NCBI GenBank assembly: GCA_947259645.1
Contig: CAMYND010000012.1
Span: 20,793-84,792 of the forward strand
Origin: Thermodesulfovibrionia bacterium
GTDB taxonomy: Bacteria; Nitrospirota; Thermodesulfovibrionia; UBA6902
Length of the DNA stretch: 64,000 bases
Reading direction: 5' to 3'
Of the stretch, positions 18,335-28,623 are shown piece by piece. How positions within the stretch are numbered: position 1 is the stretch's first letter; every line of letters starts with the position of its first letter. The translations under genes and the position numbers were made by a program. The notes below the pieces were generated by a model that saw only the letters and a list, made by a program, of their open reading frames with translations, made no database searches and was not told the DNA's origin.

Positions 18335-19579
18335 TTGCAAACAACCGCACGAATAATGAATAAAAGGATACGGTTAAGAAAACTGCTGCAGCTGAAGGCA
18401 GGCCTGATCATTTGTGTCATTGCGGTCACGCTTTATCTCTTTAATGGATGCAGCCTGCTGTTGAGGCCGCCCGCTGTCCCGAACTTAAAAAAGTTATCAC
18501 CCCGTGAGGTGTCTGCCAATAACTGGGCAGATGACCTTGCATATTCCGGATTGAGATCAGCTGCCGAACAATCTATCCGATACTACAGGAGACTCCCTGA
18601 AACACACCGCTTCGAATATGGTGAACTTTTCTATAGTCCATCCGAGATGATGTCGTCACTCAACCTTTTTCTCGATATCATTAATAATTATGACGGTACT
18701 GATAGAGAAAGACAGATCCAGGACAAGTTCATCTTCTTTGAAAGCAGGAATTCCCAGGGCACAGCTTTTTTTACCGGTTACTATGAGCCTGTTCTTCATG
18801 GGAGTCTCACCCCTACCGATGAATATCCAGAGCCGCTGTTACGTACGCCTCTGGATTTGATCAACGTTGATCTTGGGGAGTTTTCTGAGAAATGGAAAAA
18901 TGAATTTATTGTTGGTCGTGTAATCGGCAATAAGCTTGTCCCCTATGACTCAAGGGATGAGATCGTGTATCAGAAGTCCCTCAACCAGCTGGCTCAGCCT
19001 ATTGCATTTGTAAATGAAATAGAACTGTTCTTTCTCCAGATACAGGGGTCCGGAGTCGTTAAACTTGATAACGGGACAGTGATACGCGTGAATTATGCAC
19101 AGAAGAACGGTCATCCCTACAGGGCGATCGGACGCATATTAACGGACAGGATACCTCCTGAAGAAATGTCATTACAGTCTATCAAGGCTTACCTGAACAG
19201 TAATCCTGAGGAGGTAAGAGAAATTCTTAACTATAACCAGAGTTATGTTTTCTTTCGAACAGTCGAAGAAGGTCCCCTCGGCGACATAGAAGTGCCCCTT
19301 ACCCCAGGACGCTCCATCGCCATGGACAAGAGGGCGGTTCCCAGAGGGGGGCTGGCATACATTAAAACAGAACTTCCTGTGATAGAAAATGATCTGATAA
19401 CAGGCTGGAGACCCTCTCAAAGGTTTGTGCTTGTACAGGATACAGGAGGAGCAATCCGCGATCATGGAAGAGTAGACATCTTTATGGGGAACGGGGAACC
19501 TGCTGCTCTATCTGCAGGTCACCTGAAAAACAGAGGCCAGGCTTTTCTGCTTGTAGCCCGCAAAAAATACCTGCAATAG
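18335..19579 (+). CDS. mltA: Murein transglycosylase A-like lytic transglycosylase (MltA family, 3D domain)
   Basis: 414 aa with a lipoprotein-type N-terminus (LFNGC), the MltA-domain motif FFTGYYEPVLHGS and a C-terminal 3D domain (VLVQDTGGAIRDHGRVDIFMGNG). Confidence 0.75.
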   Translation: MQTTARIMNKRIRLRKLLQLKAGLIICVIAVTLYLFNGCSLLLRPPAVPNLKKLSPREVSANNWADDLAYSGLRSAAEQSIRYYRRLPETHRFEYGELFYSPSEMMSSLNLFLDIINNYDGTDRERQIQDKFIFFESRNSQGTAFFTGYYEPVLHGSLTPTDEYPEPLLRTPLDLINVDLGEFSEKWKNEFIVGRVIGNKLVPYDSRDEIVYQKSLNQLAQPIAFVNEIELFFLQIQGSGVVKLDNGTVIRVNYAQKNGHPYRAIGRILTDRIPPEEMSLQSIKAYLNSNPEEVREILNYNQSYVFFRTVEEGPLGDIEVPLTPGRSIAMDKRAVPRGGLAYIKTELPVIENDLITGWRPSQRFVLVQDTGGAIRDHGRVDIFMGNGEPAALSAGHLKNRGQAFLLVARKKYLQ

Positions 19580-19769
19580 CTTACCCGTTGTCCTGCCACT
19601 GCCGGGACAGATAGTTTCATCGTGACATTTCTTATCACATTTAATCATGTAACGCACCTGTTTATCGTGGAAATGAATTTCGTATTAAGGTGATTTATAG
19701 AACAATTAATGCTTTTTAGTAGACAAGGGTCCTCTTTGGTGATAAATAAAATAGGCATGGAGGTGATTA

Positions 19770-20177
19770 ATGGATTCTAGAAAGCATGGTACGAAAAGAG
19801 GTAAAGACAAAACCTCTACGACAAACAGGCAAACGAAAAAGAGACCTGCAAAAGCCAAAGTAAGCAACTCAGGATGTATCGAAAAGCACTACTCTAAATC
19901 CAAATCCCTATGTAAAGTCACGTTCAGGCTTCCGAAGGAAGCTGTACAGGGAGCCCGGAATGTAACAATTGTGGGAGATTTTAATAACTGGAATGTTACA
20001 CAGACGCCAATGAAACAGATGAGCAATGGTGATTACACCCTTACCCTGGAGCTGCCCTGCAACAGGGAGTTTAACTTCAGGTACCTCGTAGATGCTGAAA
20101 AATGGGAAAAGGACTGGTTTGCTGACAGGTACATACCAGATGACAGCAGTGACGATAACTCTCTAATCTCGACATAA
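19770..20177 (+). CDS. Paralog of 10681: basic N-terminal tail plus CBM48/AMPK-beta-like domain
   Basis: 135 aa. VTIVGDFNNWNVTQTPMKQMSNGDYTLTLELPCNREFNFRYLVDAEKWEKDW is about 55% identical by eye to the 10681 protein over the domain. RBS ggaggtg. Confidence 0.55.
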   Translation: MDSRKHGTKRGKDKTSTTNRQTKKRPAKAKVSNSGCIEKHYSKSKSLCKVTFRLPKEAVQGARNVTIVGDFNNWNVTQTPMKQMSNGDYTLTLELPCNREFNFRYLVDAEKWEKDWFADRYIPDDSSDDNSLIST

Positions 20178-20456
20178 ACTATTCATGTATACCACGGGCT
20201 GTCAGAGAACAATGAGTATCTTCCTGACCTCTCCGGTAAGAGATCAGTTATCAGCCCCAAAAGTGCCCTGGTTCCTGCATGTCGAAATTATTTACATATT
20301 GTAAATATGTATAACACCCCAGAGAAAGCCGCTAAGATTAAATAAAATAAAATAATAATAAAATCCTTATGTTACACAATCTAAAAATCTGGCATATATG
20401 TTGCAATATCTGTATTGTCCACACAAATCATTCAAACAGAAGAGGAACATATACTG

Positions 20457-21110
20457 ATGAAAGCAGCATGCATCTTCCTGGCAGGCTTATTTCTTCTTGC
20501 AGGATGTGCCGCATCTCCTGACAGGCAGAGATTGGCAGAACTGGTTGACACAGGCACGATGAATTTTGAGAAAGGTCTGTATGATCGTGCCATGCAGAAT
20601 TATGATGAGGCGCTTCAGATTGATCCAGATCAGGCGCAGGCATACAATGATAAGGGGAATATCTATTTCCTCAAGGGTGAATATAACCGTGCCATAGAGG
20701 CATACCAGAAGGCCATAGATATTGATCCCGGTTATGCAAAAGCCTATAACAATCTCGGTTATTCATATTTTGAAAAGGAGAATTTTGACATCGCTATAAA
20801 GGAGTTTACCCATGCCATAGACAAGAATCCCGCCTACGCCAAGGCTTTTAACAATCGTGGGCTCGTCTATTTTGCAAAAGGTGAATATGATCGCGCTGTC
20901 CATGACTATAACAGGGCGATAGCTTTGGACCCCAGCCTTGCCAAGCCCTATGACAACAGGGGAGCCGTTTATATGATGACCGGTCAGCCTGAAAAGGCAT
21001 GCCCTGACTTTATCCGCGCCTGCGAACTGGGAGATTGTTCAAGCATTGAATGGCTTCAGGACAGCGGGCACTGCAATTATGAGTTCCTGGCCATGAACAG
21101 GCACAACTAA
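20457..21110 (+). CDS. Tetratricopeptide-repeat lipoprotein
   Basis: Lipobox LAGLFLLAGC followed by at least five TPR units (AYNDKGNIYFLKGEYNRAIEAYQKAIDIDP, AYNNLGYSYFEKENFDIAIKEF, AFNNRGLVYFAKGEYDRAVHDYNRAIALDP...). Start set at MKAACIF after RBS agagga (ORF-track start 20415). Confidence 0.7.
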   Translation: MKAACIFLAGLFLLAGCAASPDRQRLAELVDTGTMNFEKGLYDRAMQNYDEALQIDPDQAQAYNDKGNIYFLKGEYNRAIEAYQKAIDIDPGYAKAYNNLGYSYFEKENFDIAIKEFTHAIDKNPAYAKAFNNRGLVYFAKGEYDRAVHDYNRAIALDPSLAKPYDNRGAVYMMTGQPEKACPDFIRACELGDCSSIEWLQDSGHCNYEFLAMNRHN

Positions 21111-21263
21111 CAGCCTGCAAAAGAGCCTGTCAGACCTTTCTGCCTCATAAAATAGTTTGAAGCTACCTCAGCACCTTTTTTATTACCCCTTTTTGTTAAG
21201 TTTTCACCTTTTTATTCCGATAGTAAAAATCAGGCATTTGTTGAACTGTTCTTCTAAGATCAG

Positions 21264-23210
21264 TTGTTGCTGCGCAAGGGGAAGCTTTTGAGAAACATAT
21301 CGGATTATTTAGGAAATTACAATTACGAGAAAACTGACACAGGTCATCATCTTCATAAAAGCACAGCAAATAAAAAAGTAAAATCATCCCCTGCCAAACT
21401 TCAGCGCCTCTTCGCGACCCTGACACTGATTATCGTAGCTCAGGCTGTTGCCGCGTCAGTTATAATAGTGCTCAACATTGATACAATATCGCAGGTGCTC
21501 ATGGTGTACTCAGCTCTGTTGACGCTGAGCCTGGTGCCGGGTCTCTATATTCTTTTCTTCAGAGAGAGTACAAAAGGCGCTCATAATTTTAAAAAGGCCG
21601 AGACTCTTAATGATTCTCAAAATCACGGGGCCGGATCCAGTAAAAAGACTCATATCAGCGCAACCCGGAATGAGACTCTGGGCAGCAGTAATAAACAGTT
21701 CAAGAGTGCTGATGCATTTATGTCGGACTCCTTAATGGAATGGGAGTACATCTTTGATGCCATGCCGGAAGCGATTACTGTGCATGACAGAGATTACAAT
21801 ATTATCAAGGCAAACAGCACAGCAAAAAAAATATTAAAATTGCCTTCATTAAACGGGGACCCGGTCAAGTGTTATAAGTACTATCATGGGGGAGGCAATC
21901 CCCACAAGGCCTGTCCCTCCTGTAAGTGTATTGAGATTCGGGAACTGGTCAGCTTTGAGGTTTTTGAACCTCACTTTAACCGTTATATTGAGATATCGAC
22001 TGTGCCCCGGTATGACAGGGCCGGCAGGTTCACCGGAATACTCCATGTAACAAAAGATATTTCTCATCGGAAGGACGCGGAGGTGCTGATCCAGCAGCAG
22101 ATCAAGCGGCTTGCTATCTCCAATTTTATTGACAGAGCGATAGCCGCCAATCTTAACCTGAACTCAATTCTACATATATTGACTGACCTGATAATGCGCC
22201 ACCTCGAAATTGATGCTGCTGATGTGCTCCTGCTGAACAAGGAGACAAAAATGCTGAGACACACGGCCGGTAAAGGGTTTCGTGCAAAAGGACTGATCCA
22301 TACAGAACTGAGACTCAGGGATAGCCTTGCAGGTCTGGCAGCGATCGAACGACGGACTGTGACTGTTCCTGATCTCTTGAAAAAAGGAGCTGATTTTGAA
22401 AGTTTCAGGGATTCTTCATTAGATAAATTCGTATCATACGTCGCTGTTCCCCTTATTGCGAAAGATGAAGTGCAGGGAGTCCTGGAGCTCTTTCACAGAT
22501 CTACACTGGACCCTGAATCAGAGTGGATAGAATTTCTGGAAAATATTGCCAGCCAGGCCGCAATCGCGATAGATAATGCTGCAATGGTGAACAACCTCGA
22601 GCGATCAAAGAATGAGCTGGTTAATGCCTATGATAGTACAATAGTCGGGTGGTCCCATGCACTGGACATGAGGGATAAGGAAACAGAAGGCCATTCCAGA
22701 CGAGTGGCAGAGATGACCGTTCGCATAGCAAAAGAGATCGGGATTCAAGATAAGGATCTCATTCATATCAGGAGGGGGGCCTTTTTGCATGATATCGGAA
22801 AAATGGCGATCCCGGACAGTATTCTTCTAAAGCCGGCCCGCCTTACACCTGAGGAACGGAAAGTTATGGAACATCATACGGTTTACGCGATGAATATGAT
22901 TAAAGATATCGAGTATCTCCACCCCTCTTTGGATATCCCCCTTAACCACCATGAAAAGTGGAATGGAGAAGGCTATCCAAGACAGCTCAAAGAGACTGAA
23001 ATACCTGTGGCAGCAAGAATATTTGCAATCGTTGATGTATGGGATGCCCTCTCATCAGACCGTCCTTACAGGGCAGCATGGTCCCGTGAGAAGGTCCTCA
23101 ACTATATTCGGGATGAAGCAGGAAAACACTTTGATCCGAGGATGGTTGATGTTTTCATGAAAGTTCTTAACAGCGACTATATTGATGAAGCGGAAAAGAA
23201 GACTGGCTAA
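21264..23210 (+). CDS. HD-GYP domain c-di-GMP phosphodiesterase with N-terminal TM segments, a PAS-like Cys-rich sensor and a GAF domain
   Basis: C-terminal HD-GYP signature: HSRRVAEM...FLHDIGKMAIPDSILLKPARLTPEE...HHEKWNGEGYP. Upstream GAF-like region. CYKYYHGGGNPHKACPSCKC Cys cluster in the sensor. Start uncertain. Confidence 0.8.
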   Translation: MLLRKGKLLRNISDYLGNYNYEKTDTGHHLHKSTANKKVKSSPAKLQRLFATLTLIIVAQAVAASVIIVLNIDTISQVLMVYSALLTLSLVPGLYILFFRESTKGAHNFKKAETLNDSQNHGAGSSKKTHISATRNETLGSSNKQFKSADAFMSDSLMEWEYIFDAMPEAITVHDRDYNIIKANSTAKKILKLPSLNGDPVKCYKYYHGGGNPHKACPSCKCIEIRELVSFEVFEPHFNRYIEISTVPRYDRAGRFTGILHVTKDISHRKDAEVLIQQQIKRLAISNFIDRAIAANLNLNSILHILTDLIMRHLEIDAADVLLLNKETKMLRHTAGKGFRAKGLIHTELRLRDSLAGLAAIERRTVTVPDLLKKGADFESFRDSSLDKFVSYVAVPLIAKDEVQGVLELFHRSTLDPESEWIEFLENIASQAAIAIDNAAMVNNLERSKNELVNAYDSTIVGWSHALDMRDKETEGHSRRVAEMTVRIAKEIGIQDKDLIHIRRGAFLHDIGKMAIPDSILLKPARLTPEERKVMEHHTVYAMNMIKDIEYLHPSLDIPLNHHEKWNGEGYPRQLKETEIPVAARIFAIVDVWDALSSDRPYRAAWSREKVLNYIRDEAGKHFDPRMVDVFMKVLNSDYIDEAEKKTG

Positions 23211-23247
23211 CTAGTCAGGAGCAGCACATTCCCGGGTCCCCGGGGGT

Positions 23248-23892
23248 TTATGCCGCCAGTTTACGCAGGGCTTCAGATGCAAGTTCCCCGACCGTCATTT
23301 TGTTTAGGGTGCTGTTGCTGTAGAAGTCAAGTTCAGCACTGTCACTCATCAGGGTTTTCAATTTTATTTCTGCCCCCAGAGCTCCCAGTTCGCCAAGAGC
23401 ATAGGCTGCGTTCCCCCGAACATTCATGTCTTCAGAGTTCAGGGAGGAAACCAGAATCGGAATGGCATATCCTGCTGTTTCCTCATTTATCCTGCCGATT
23501 CTTCCCGTGGCCCAGAACGTTCCGGCGGTCAGCATCTTTTCCTCGTGGAATGAAACAATGATGGGCGCTATGTCAGCACAAAGGTGCGGATTATTTTTTA
23601 CAATTTCACCAAGCATCTCCGGAGCGCTCCAGCCAATCCCGCCGGACTCATCCCGAAGCATCCACAACAGGCGCCCGACAATGTTTCTCACTGTATCCGG
23701 ATCTGACTGCGCTATGTCCTTAGATAATACTCCTACAGCTTCAATGGCCCGCCACGCACGCTCTTTCTTTTTGTCGTAGGAGAGGGTAACAAGTATGTTT
23801 ACTATCTTGTGACTGGTGGCAGGAAGGCTGTGCAGCTGATCAAAGGCCCGCGTTTCAAGCAGGTGAATTATCTGTTTTTTTAAAGGCAGCAC
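23248..23892 (-). CDS. Hypothetical protein with HEAT/PBS-lyase-like helical repeats
   Basis: 214 aa. Repeated helix pairs with NVRGNAAYALGELG-type motifs. Family not confidently recognised. Confidence 0.35.
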   Translation of the reverse strand: MLPLKKQIIHLLETRAFDQLHSLPATSHKIVNILVTLSYDKKKERAWRAIEAVGVLSKDIAQSDPDTVRNIVGRLLWMLRDESGGIGWSAPEMLGEIVKNNPHLCADIAPIIVSFHEEKMLTAGTFWATGRIGRINEETAGYAIPILVSSLNSEDMNVRGNAAYALGELGALGAEIKLKTLMSDSAELDFYSNSTLNKMTVGELASEALRKLAA

Positions 23893-23907
23893 GATAAGAA
23901 AGACCTT

Positions 23908-24114
23908 TCACTCGAAAATCAACTTAATCTCAGGCATCCTCTCACTGAAGGCAACACCAACGCAGTCGGTATCGCAGTCAGCGCAGGCGCCCACACAGCT
24001 GATGATTACGGTATTGCCCCTGATTTCAACGAGCTCCACAGAACTGTTATGGGCTTCCAGAAGCCAGTTTAAATTTTGGATAACTTCATTAACTCTTTTT
24101 TGAATATCGTTCAT
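23908..24114 (-). CDS. NifU-like (Nfu C-terminal) domain protein
   Basis: 68 aa. ...VELVEIRGNTVIISCVGACADCDTDCVG... matches the Nfu/NifU C-terminal GAC-x2-C scaffold motif. Confidence 0.5.
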   Translation of the reverse strand: MNDIQKRVNEVIQNLNWLLEAHNSSVELVEIRGNTVIISCVGACADCDTDCVGVAFSERMPEIKLIFE

Positions 24115-24274
24115 AAAAGCGCTTGATAACAGATTCGGTGACGGCTGTTACGTCGGGTCTTCCTCTCAAATTATAGCTTTCGAACATGGCAATGTTCAAT
24201 ATGAGGATATACTGAAAAATGATTTATCCTGTGTAATGAGTTTGCCGGTCAAAATATTATGTAATCGAGATTTA

Positions 24275-25492
24275 TCAGCTGAACTTCCCGTGGTACTCTT
24301 TTACTTTTCTGGCAAAATCCTTCGCAAACTCATAACACTCTGATTCATCCTCCATGGATGGTCTTGACAGCACCTGCATCCCGGGCTCAACAACTTCAAG
24401 TTTCATTCTCTTGAACTCTTCGTAGGCTTCCTTTACTGCTCCGCCGCCCCATCCATAACTGCCAAATGCTCCGGTTATCCTGTTCTTTGGCCGAAGACCT
24501 CTGAGGTGAGTAAGAAATTCCGCAATTGATGGAAAAAGGATATTGTTCAGCGTGGGGCTGCCAATGAGACAACCTCGGGCCTTCCAGAACTCTTTTATCG
24601 CCTCGCTCATTGGAGAAGCCCTCAACTTAATGACTTTGCAATCAACACCTTCATCTTTTATCCCCTGCATAATCGGGATGGTCATTCTCTCCGTGCTGTG
24701 CCACATTGTGTCGTAAATAACAGCAATACTCAGGTTTGCCTTCCCATTAGCAAGATCGAGATACCTCTGTAAAATACCACCCGGATCTTTCCTCCAGATA
24801 ATACCGTGATCAGGGGCTATCATGTCTATTTCAAGACCGAGTTTCTGAACTTCAGCTATTTTCACCTTGATAAGCTGACCAAAGGGCATCAGAATGTTCG
24901 CGTAATAATCTACAACAGCGTCATCAAGCTCAGACCGTGAAGCACATTCTATAAATTCATCATCAAATCTGGACGCTGTAGCCAGGTGCTGTCCAAAGGC
25001 GTCCTGGGAAATAAGAAGTTTTGCTTCCTTAACATAAGTCATCATTGAGTCAGGCCAGTGGAGCATGGGTGTTTCAAGAAAGGTCAGCGTATATTTTCCG
25101 GTACTGATCGCGTCTCCTGTCTTAACAGTTTTAATATTCCATTTGGAGATATCAAACTGCTTCTCCAGGCCCTTTCGGCCTTTTTCTGTTATATAAATCG
25201 TTGCCTCAGGCGCAAGCTCCAATATTTTGTCAATGCTGCTTGCGTGGTCAGGTTCGATATGGTTGATGACCAGATTAGTGATTTTGGCCGGATCAGTAAT
25301 AGTGCGGATATTTTTTATGGTATGCCGTGAAAAGTCTGACTTTACCGTGTCTACAAGAGTGATCTGTTCATCCATGATCAGGAAGTTGTTGTAGGTTGTT
25401 CCGCTTGGTGTTACATACCCGTGAAAGTCACGTATTGCCCAGTCAATAGCACCTACCCAGTAAATATCAGGTTTAATCTCATATGATGTCAC
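24275..25492 (-). CDS. fprA: FprA-family A-type flavodiiron protein (rubredoxin:O2/NO oxidoreductase)
   Basis: Metallo-beta-lactamase-like diiron motif HIEPDHASS plus a C-terminal flavodoxin domain. Start re-assigned to GTG at 25492 (MTSYEIKPDIYWVGAIDW, the typical FprA N-terminus) after RBS ggaggt. ORF track extends to 25561. Confidence 0.85.
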   Translation of the reverse strand: MTSYEIKPDIYWVGAIDWAIRDFHGYVTPSGTTYNNFLIMDEQITLVDTVKSDFSRHTIKNIRTITDPAKITNLVINHIEPDHASSIDKILELAPEATIYITEKGRKGLEKQFDISKWNIKTVKTGDAISTGKYTLTFLETPMLHWPDSMMTYVKEAKLLISQDAFGQHLATASRFDDEFIECASRSELDDAVVDYYANILMPFGQLIKVKIAEVQKLGLEIDMIAPDHGIIWRKDPGGILQRYLDLANGKANLSIAVIYDTMWHSTERMTIPIMQGIKDEGVDCKVIKLRASPMSEAIKEFWKARGCLIGSPTLNNILFPSIAEFLTHLRGLRPKNRITGAFGSYGWGGGAVKEAYEEFKRMKLEVVEPGMQVLSRPSMEDESECYEFAKDFARKVKEYHGKFS

Positions 25493-25668
25493 AGTTACCT
25501 CCAGGTCAATAACTAAATTAATATTTGAACGTATAGTAAACCGCTGCAGAATAAAACTCAATTCAGATTCTGCACAATGTCAACTATATTATTAATGAGT
25601 ATAGCGAATCAATGATAAATATCATAGCAGACGTTGTGGTTCTCCTGCCACAATTAAAAGTATTACCA

Positions 25669-25953
25669 ATGGCAAAGGCACGGGTGCATCTAATAATTCA
25701 TGGATATGTACAAGGAGTGTTTTATCGCGCGAGCACCTGTGAGACAGCTCGAAGGCTCGGATTGAAGGGTTGGGTGAAAAACCTTCCTGACGGAAATGTT
25801 GAAGCCCTGTTTGAAGGGGACACGGTCAAACTCAATGAGATGATCCAGTGGTGCCGCAGCGGCCCGGCAGGTGCCCATGTCACTGACGTGGCTGAGAAGT
25901 GGCAGGACTTTAAGGGAGAATTCACTGAGTTTTCCATTGCTCACACCTTCTAG
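25669..25953 (+). CDS. acyP: Acylphosphatase
   Basis: VHLIIHGYVQGVFYRASTCETARRLGLKGWVKNLPDGNVEALFEG carries the VxGxVQGVxFR and GWVxNxxDGxVE signatures. Start at MAKARVH (ORF-track start 25612). Confidence 0.75.
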   Translation: MAKARVHLIIHGYVQGVFYRASTCETARRLGLKGWVKNLPDGNVEALFEGDTVKLNEMIQWCRSGPAGAHVTDVAEKWQDFKGEFTEFSIAHTF

Positions 25954-26089
25954 ATTACCTTAGCTTTAGATCGTTATCCCTTTAATAAATAACTAAATAA
26001 AAACCTAAATCAGTTCTTGTCGTTTGATTTATTACGAATACCCATGACTTTTTATTGACAAGAGCCAGTGTGCAAATAGATAATATCTG

Positions 26090-27049
26090 ATGCTCGAAAC
26101 CGGATATTCATTGCACACCATTGACAGTATTCCAGATAAGAAGACCGCCCTGATCCTTTCTCAAGTAACGGGGGCCCAAATTTACGAATTATTTGCATCT
26201 GCCAACAGGGTACGGGACAAAAAAAGGGGCAACAGGGTCGATTTGTGCTCCATTATAAATGCAAAATCTGGTGCCTGCCCTGAGGACTGTTCTTTTTGCG
26301 CCCAGTCCGCGCATAACAAGTCAAAAGTGAATGTATACCCGCTCCTTAAGCGAGAGGAAATAATTAAGGCCGCACGATCTGCGAAAGAACATGGAGTAAA
26401 GCGGTTTTGTATTGTGACCAGCGGCAAGAAACCATCGAAGAAGGAGTTGAAGGAAATATCCAGATTTATTTCTGAAATCAGAGACCTGGGTCTTCTGCCC
26501 TGTGCCACGCTCGGTATGCTGGAAAAAGATGAGTTGATGCAGCTCAAAGATGCGGGCCTGAACCGGTATCATCACAATCTCGAAACATCGGAGACATTTT
26601 TCAGTGAAATATGCAGCTCTCATACCTACAAAGATAAAATAAGAACCATAGAAGGGGCCATTTCTTTGGGATTTTCTCTATGCAGCGGCGGAATTTTTGG
26701 ACTTGGTGAATCCTGGGAAGACCGGATTGATCTGGCCTTTGCCTTAAAAGATCTTGGTGTTGACTCAATACCAATTAATTTTTACACACCATATACTGCA
26801 TCAACCGAGAGCAGAGAGTATGCCTTGGGGCCGATGGAGGCGTTAACCATAATAGCCCTGTTCAGGCTGGTGCTTCCTGAGTGTCAAGTGAGAGTCTGCG
26901 GTGGCCGTCCCCAGACACTGCGCGACTTCGGTTCCCAGATATTTCTGGCCGGCGCGGATGCTCTCCTGATCGGAAACTATCTTACGACGTCCGGGCGAAA
27001 CCCGGCTGATGACCTCCAGATGATCCAAGACGCGGGGCTGGAAATATAA
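26090..27049 (+). CDS. bioB: Biotin synthase (radical SAM)
   Basis: CPEDCSFCAQS radical SAM motif. 319 aa, typical BioB length and layout. Confidence 0.9.
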   Translation: MLETGYSLHTIDSIPDKKTALILSQVTGAQIYELFASANRVRDKKRGNRVDLCSIINAKSGACPEDCSFCAQSAHNKSKVNVYPLLKREEIIKAARSAKEHGVKRFCIVTSGKKPSKKELKEISRFISEIRDLGLLPCATLGMLEKDELMQLKDAGLNRYHHNLETSETFFSEICSSHTYKDKIRTIEGAISLGFSLCSGGIFGLGESWEDRIDLAFALKDLGVDSIPINFYTPYTASTESREYALGPMEALTIIALFRLVLPECQVRVCGGRPQTLRDFGSQIFLAGADALLIGNYLTTSGRNPADDLQMIQDAGLEI

Positions 27050-27849
27050 TGTCACGGCGTTCATATTACAGTATCAGGATGAGATCTGGCAGGTCTCATT
27101 CACACGTTTCCGGGGCTGAAGGTATCTATGGCAAAGATGAGCTCAGCAACGTTGTAAAAGAATTTACGCAGCGGGCACTGACACACGATAAGGGCAGGGC
27201 TGATGAAATTCGTCTAACCGTTGAGGAACTAAAAGAGACCCCAAAGCGGATCTCTTCTTTACCGGTAGCAACCATTAATACCAGAAATGCAGAGGCAGCC
27301 ATGAAGGCCTCCCTTAAAATCCTTACTTCTGTTGGTATAACAGAACGTGCTGTGGAAGAAGCGTACAGGGCTATCAGTGCCGGGATAACAATGAGGGGCG
27401 CGATGTTAATGGACATCGAGGGCGTCAGGCTTGAACCAGATCTCCTGAGAGGCGTCAGGGTAACCCGGATGGGCATTACAAAGGCAGCATCCACGGACCT
27501 TGCCAGAAAACTGGGCAGACATGGGCTTAATAATAGCACAGTAAAGGAAGCTCTGATTCTTGCCAGCAAGGTCCACCGGTACCGCATGGTTCTTGGTGAG
27601 CTGTGCATCTCTGATGACCCATATTATACGACCGGTTATATTGCAACGCGTGCGCATGGATATGTCCGTCTTCCCCGCATTAAAAAAAGGGGGGTCCCCT
27701 TTGGCGGAAGGGCTTTTTTCATAACCGGGGGAGAGGTAAAAGACCTGATAAAGTACCTCCAGCAGACGCCTGTTTTGATCAATGAAATAAAGCCGTGTAC
27801 GGGCGCTGTTAAGTTAAAGGAAATGCTCCAGAGAAAATCCCGCAAATGA
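27049..27849 (+). CDS. bioW: 6-carboxyhexanoate-CoA ligase (pimeloyl-CoA synthetase)
   Basis: YSIRMRSGRSHSHVSGAEGI resembles the BioW N-terminus (YSVRMRAS...HISGGERL). Start overlaps the bioB stop (ATAATG). Confidence 0.75.
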   Translation: MSRRSYYSIRMRSGRSHSHVSGAEGIYGKDELSNVVKEFTQRALTHDKGRADEIRLTVEELKETPKRISSLPVATINTRNAEAAMKASLKILTSVGITERAVEEAYRAISAGITMRGAMLMDIEGVRLEPDLLRGVRVTRMGITKAASTDLARKLGRHGLNNSTVKEALILASKVHRYRMVLGELCISDDPYYTTGYIATRAHGYVRLPRIKKRGVPFGGRAFFITGGEVKDLIKYLQQTPVLINEIKPCTGAVKLKEMLQRKSRK

Positions 27850-27919
27850 TCCTGATAATGGCACGGAACTCACGCCCTGTCTTTACTGAACGGTTTTCAG
27901 CATAATCTATACCCCATTC

Positions 27920-28447
27920 ATGGTAAAATTAAAAACCATGACACCCCTGGGTCACGCTTCAGTATCTTTTATATCAGGCAAGCTCGTTCGCTCTTTGTCC
28001 GTTCCTGCGGTAATTCTCGGTGGTGTTTTACCTGATATTGATTTTATTTTTATTTTCTTTAACTGGTTTAATCAGGTTCACCGGGTTATTACACATAATG
28101 TACTATTCCTTTTGTTCGCTTCGCCGGTCTCTTATATAATAGTTTCAAAGGGAAGAAAAGGGCCTGTAAGCCTAAGCATTTTTACCGGTGGTATGCTGCA
28201 CCTTTTGATTGACGCATGTATGGACAATAATCCCACAAACGGAATCGGCCTGACATTGATGTGGCCTTTTTCAGATACCTACTTTTCTCCCTTTAACTTA
28301 TTGACTCCATCAGCGAACAGTCAGGGATGGCAGAGACCTCTCCTCATGCTGAAAAGTATTCTTCCCAATATGCTTTTTGAAGTCCCTTTTTATTTTATTT
28401 CATTGTTTCTCATTATGCGTGAAAGAAGATCCCGTACCTTTGCATGA
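27920..28447 (+). CDS. Membrane-bound metal-dependent hydrolase (DUF457/YdjM-like)
   Basis: 175 aa with HxxxH-type motifs (GHASVSF..., ITHNVLF, LHLLIDACMD) in a polytopic hydrophobic protein. Confidence 0.55.
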   Translation: MVKLKTMTPLGHASVSFISGKLVRSLSVPAVILGGVLPDIDFIFIFFNWFNQVHRVITHNVLFLLFASPVSYIIVSKGRKGPVSLSIFTGGMLHLLIDACMDNNPTNGIGLTLMWPFSDTYFSPFNLLTPSANSQGWQRPLLMLKSILPNMLFEVPFYFISLFLIMRERRSRTFA

Positions 28448-28623
28448 TATTCATATTAGTCAAAAAAATTATAATATGTTGTAATTAAAGGAAATTAAGA
28501 TCTATTAGGATTGCAAATTAACCAATAACCATTACTGATTTTACAATCAGTAAATATCTAGGCTAATATAGTTGTTCCTCTGTAACTCTAAATAGAATCA
28601 ATATAAATAACATTTCAGTTTCA

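Noticed and set aside
19580-19640. Hairpin tgtcctgccactgccgggaca after mltA as a terminator
   Set aside because: The stem is short and imperfect and there is no following U-tract. Not convincing enough to list as a feature.
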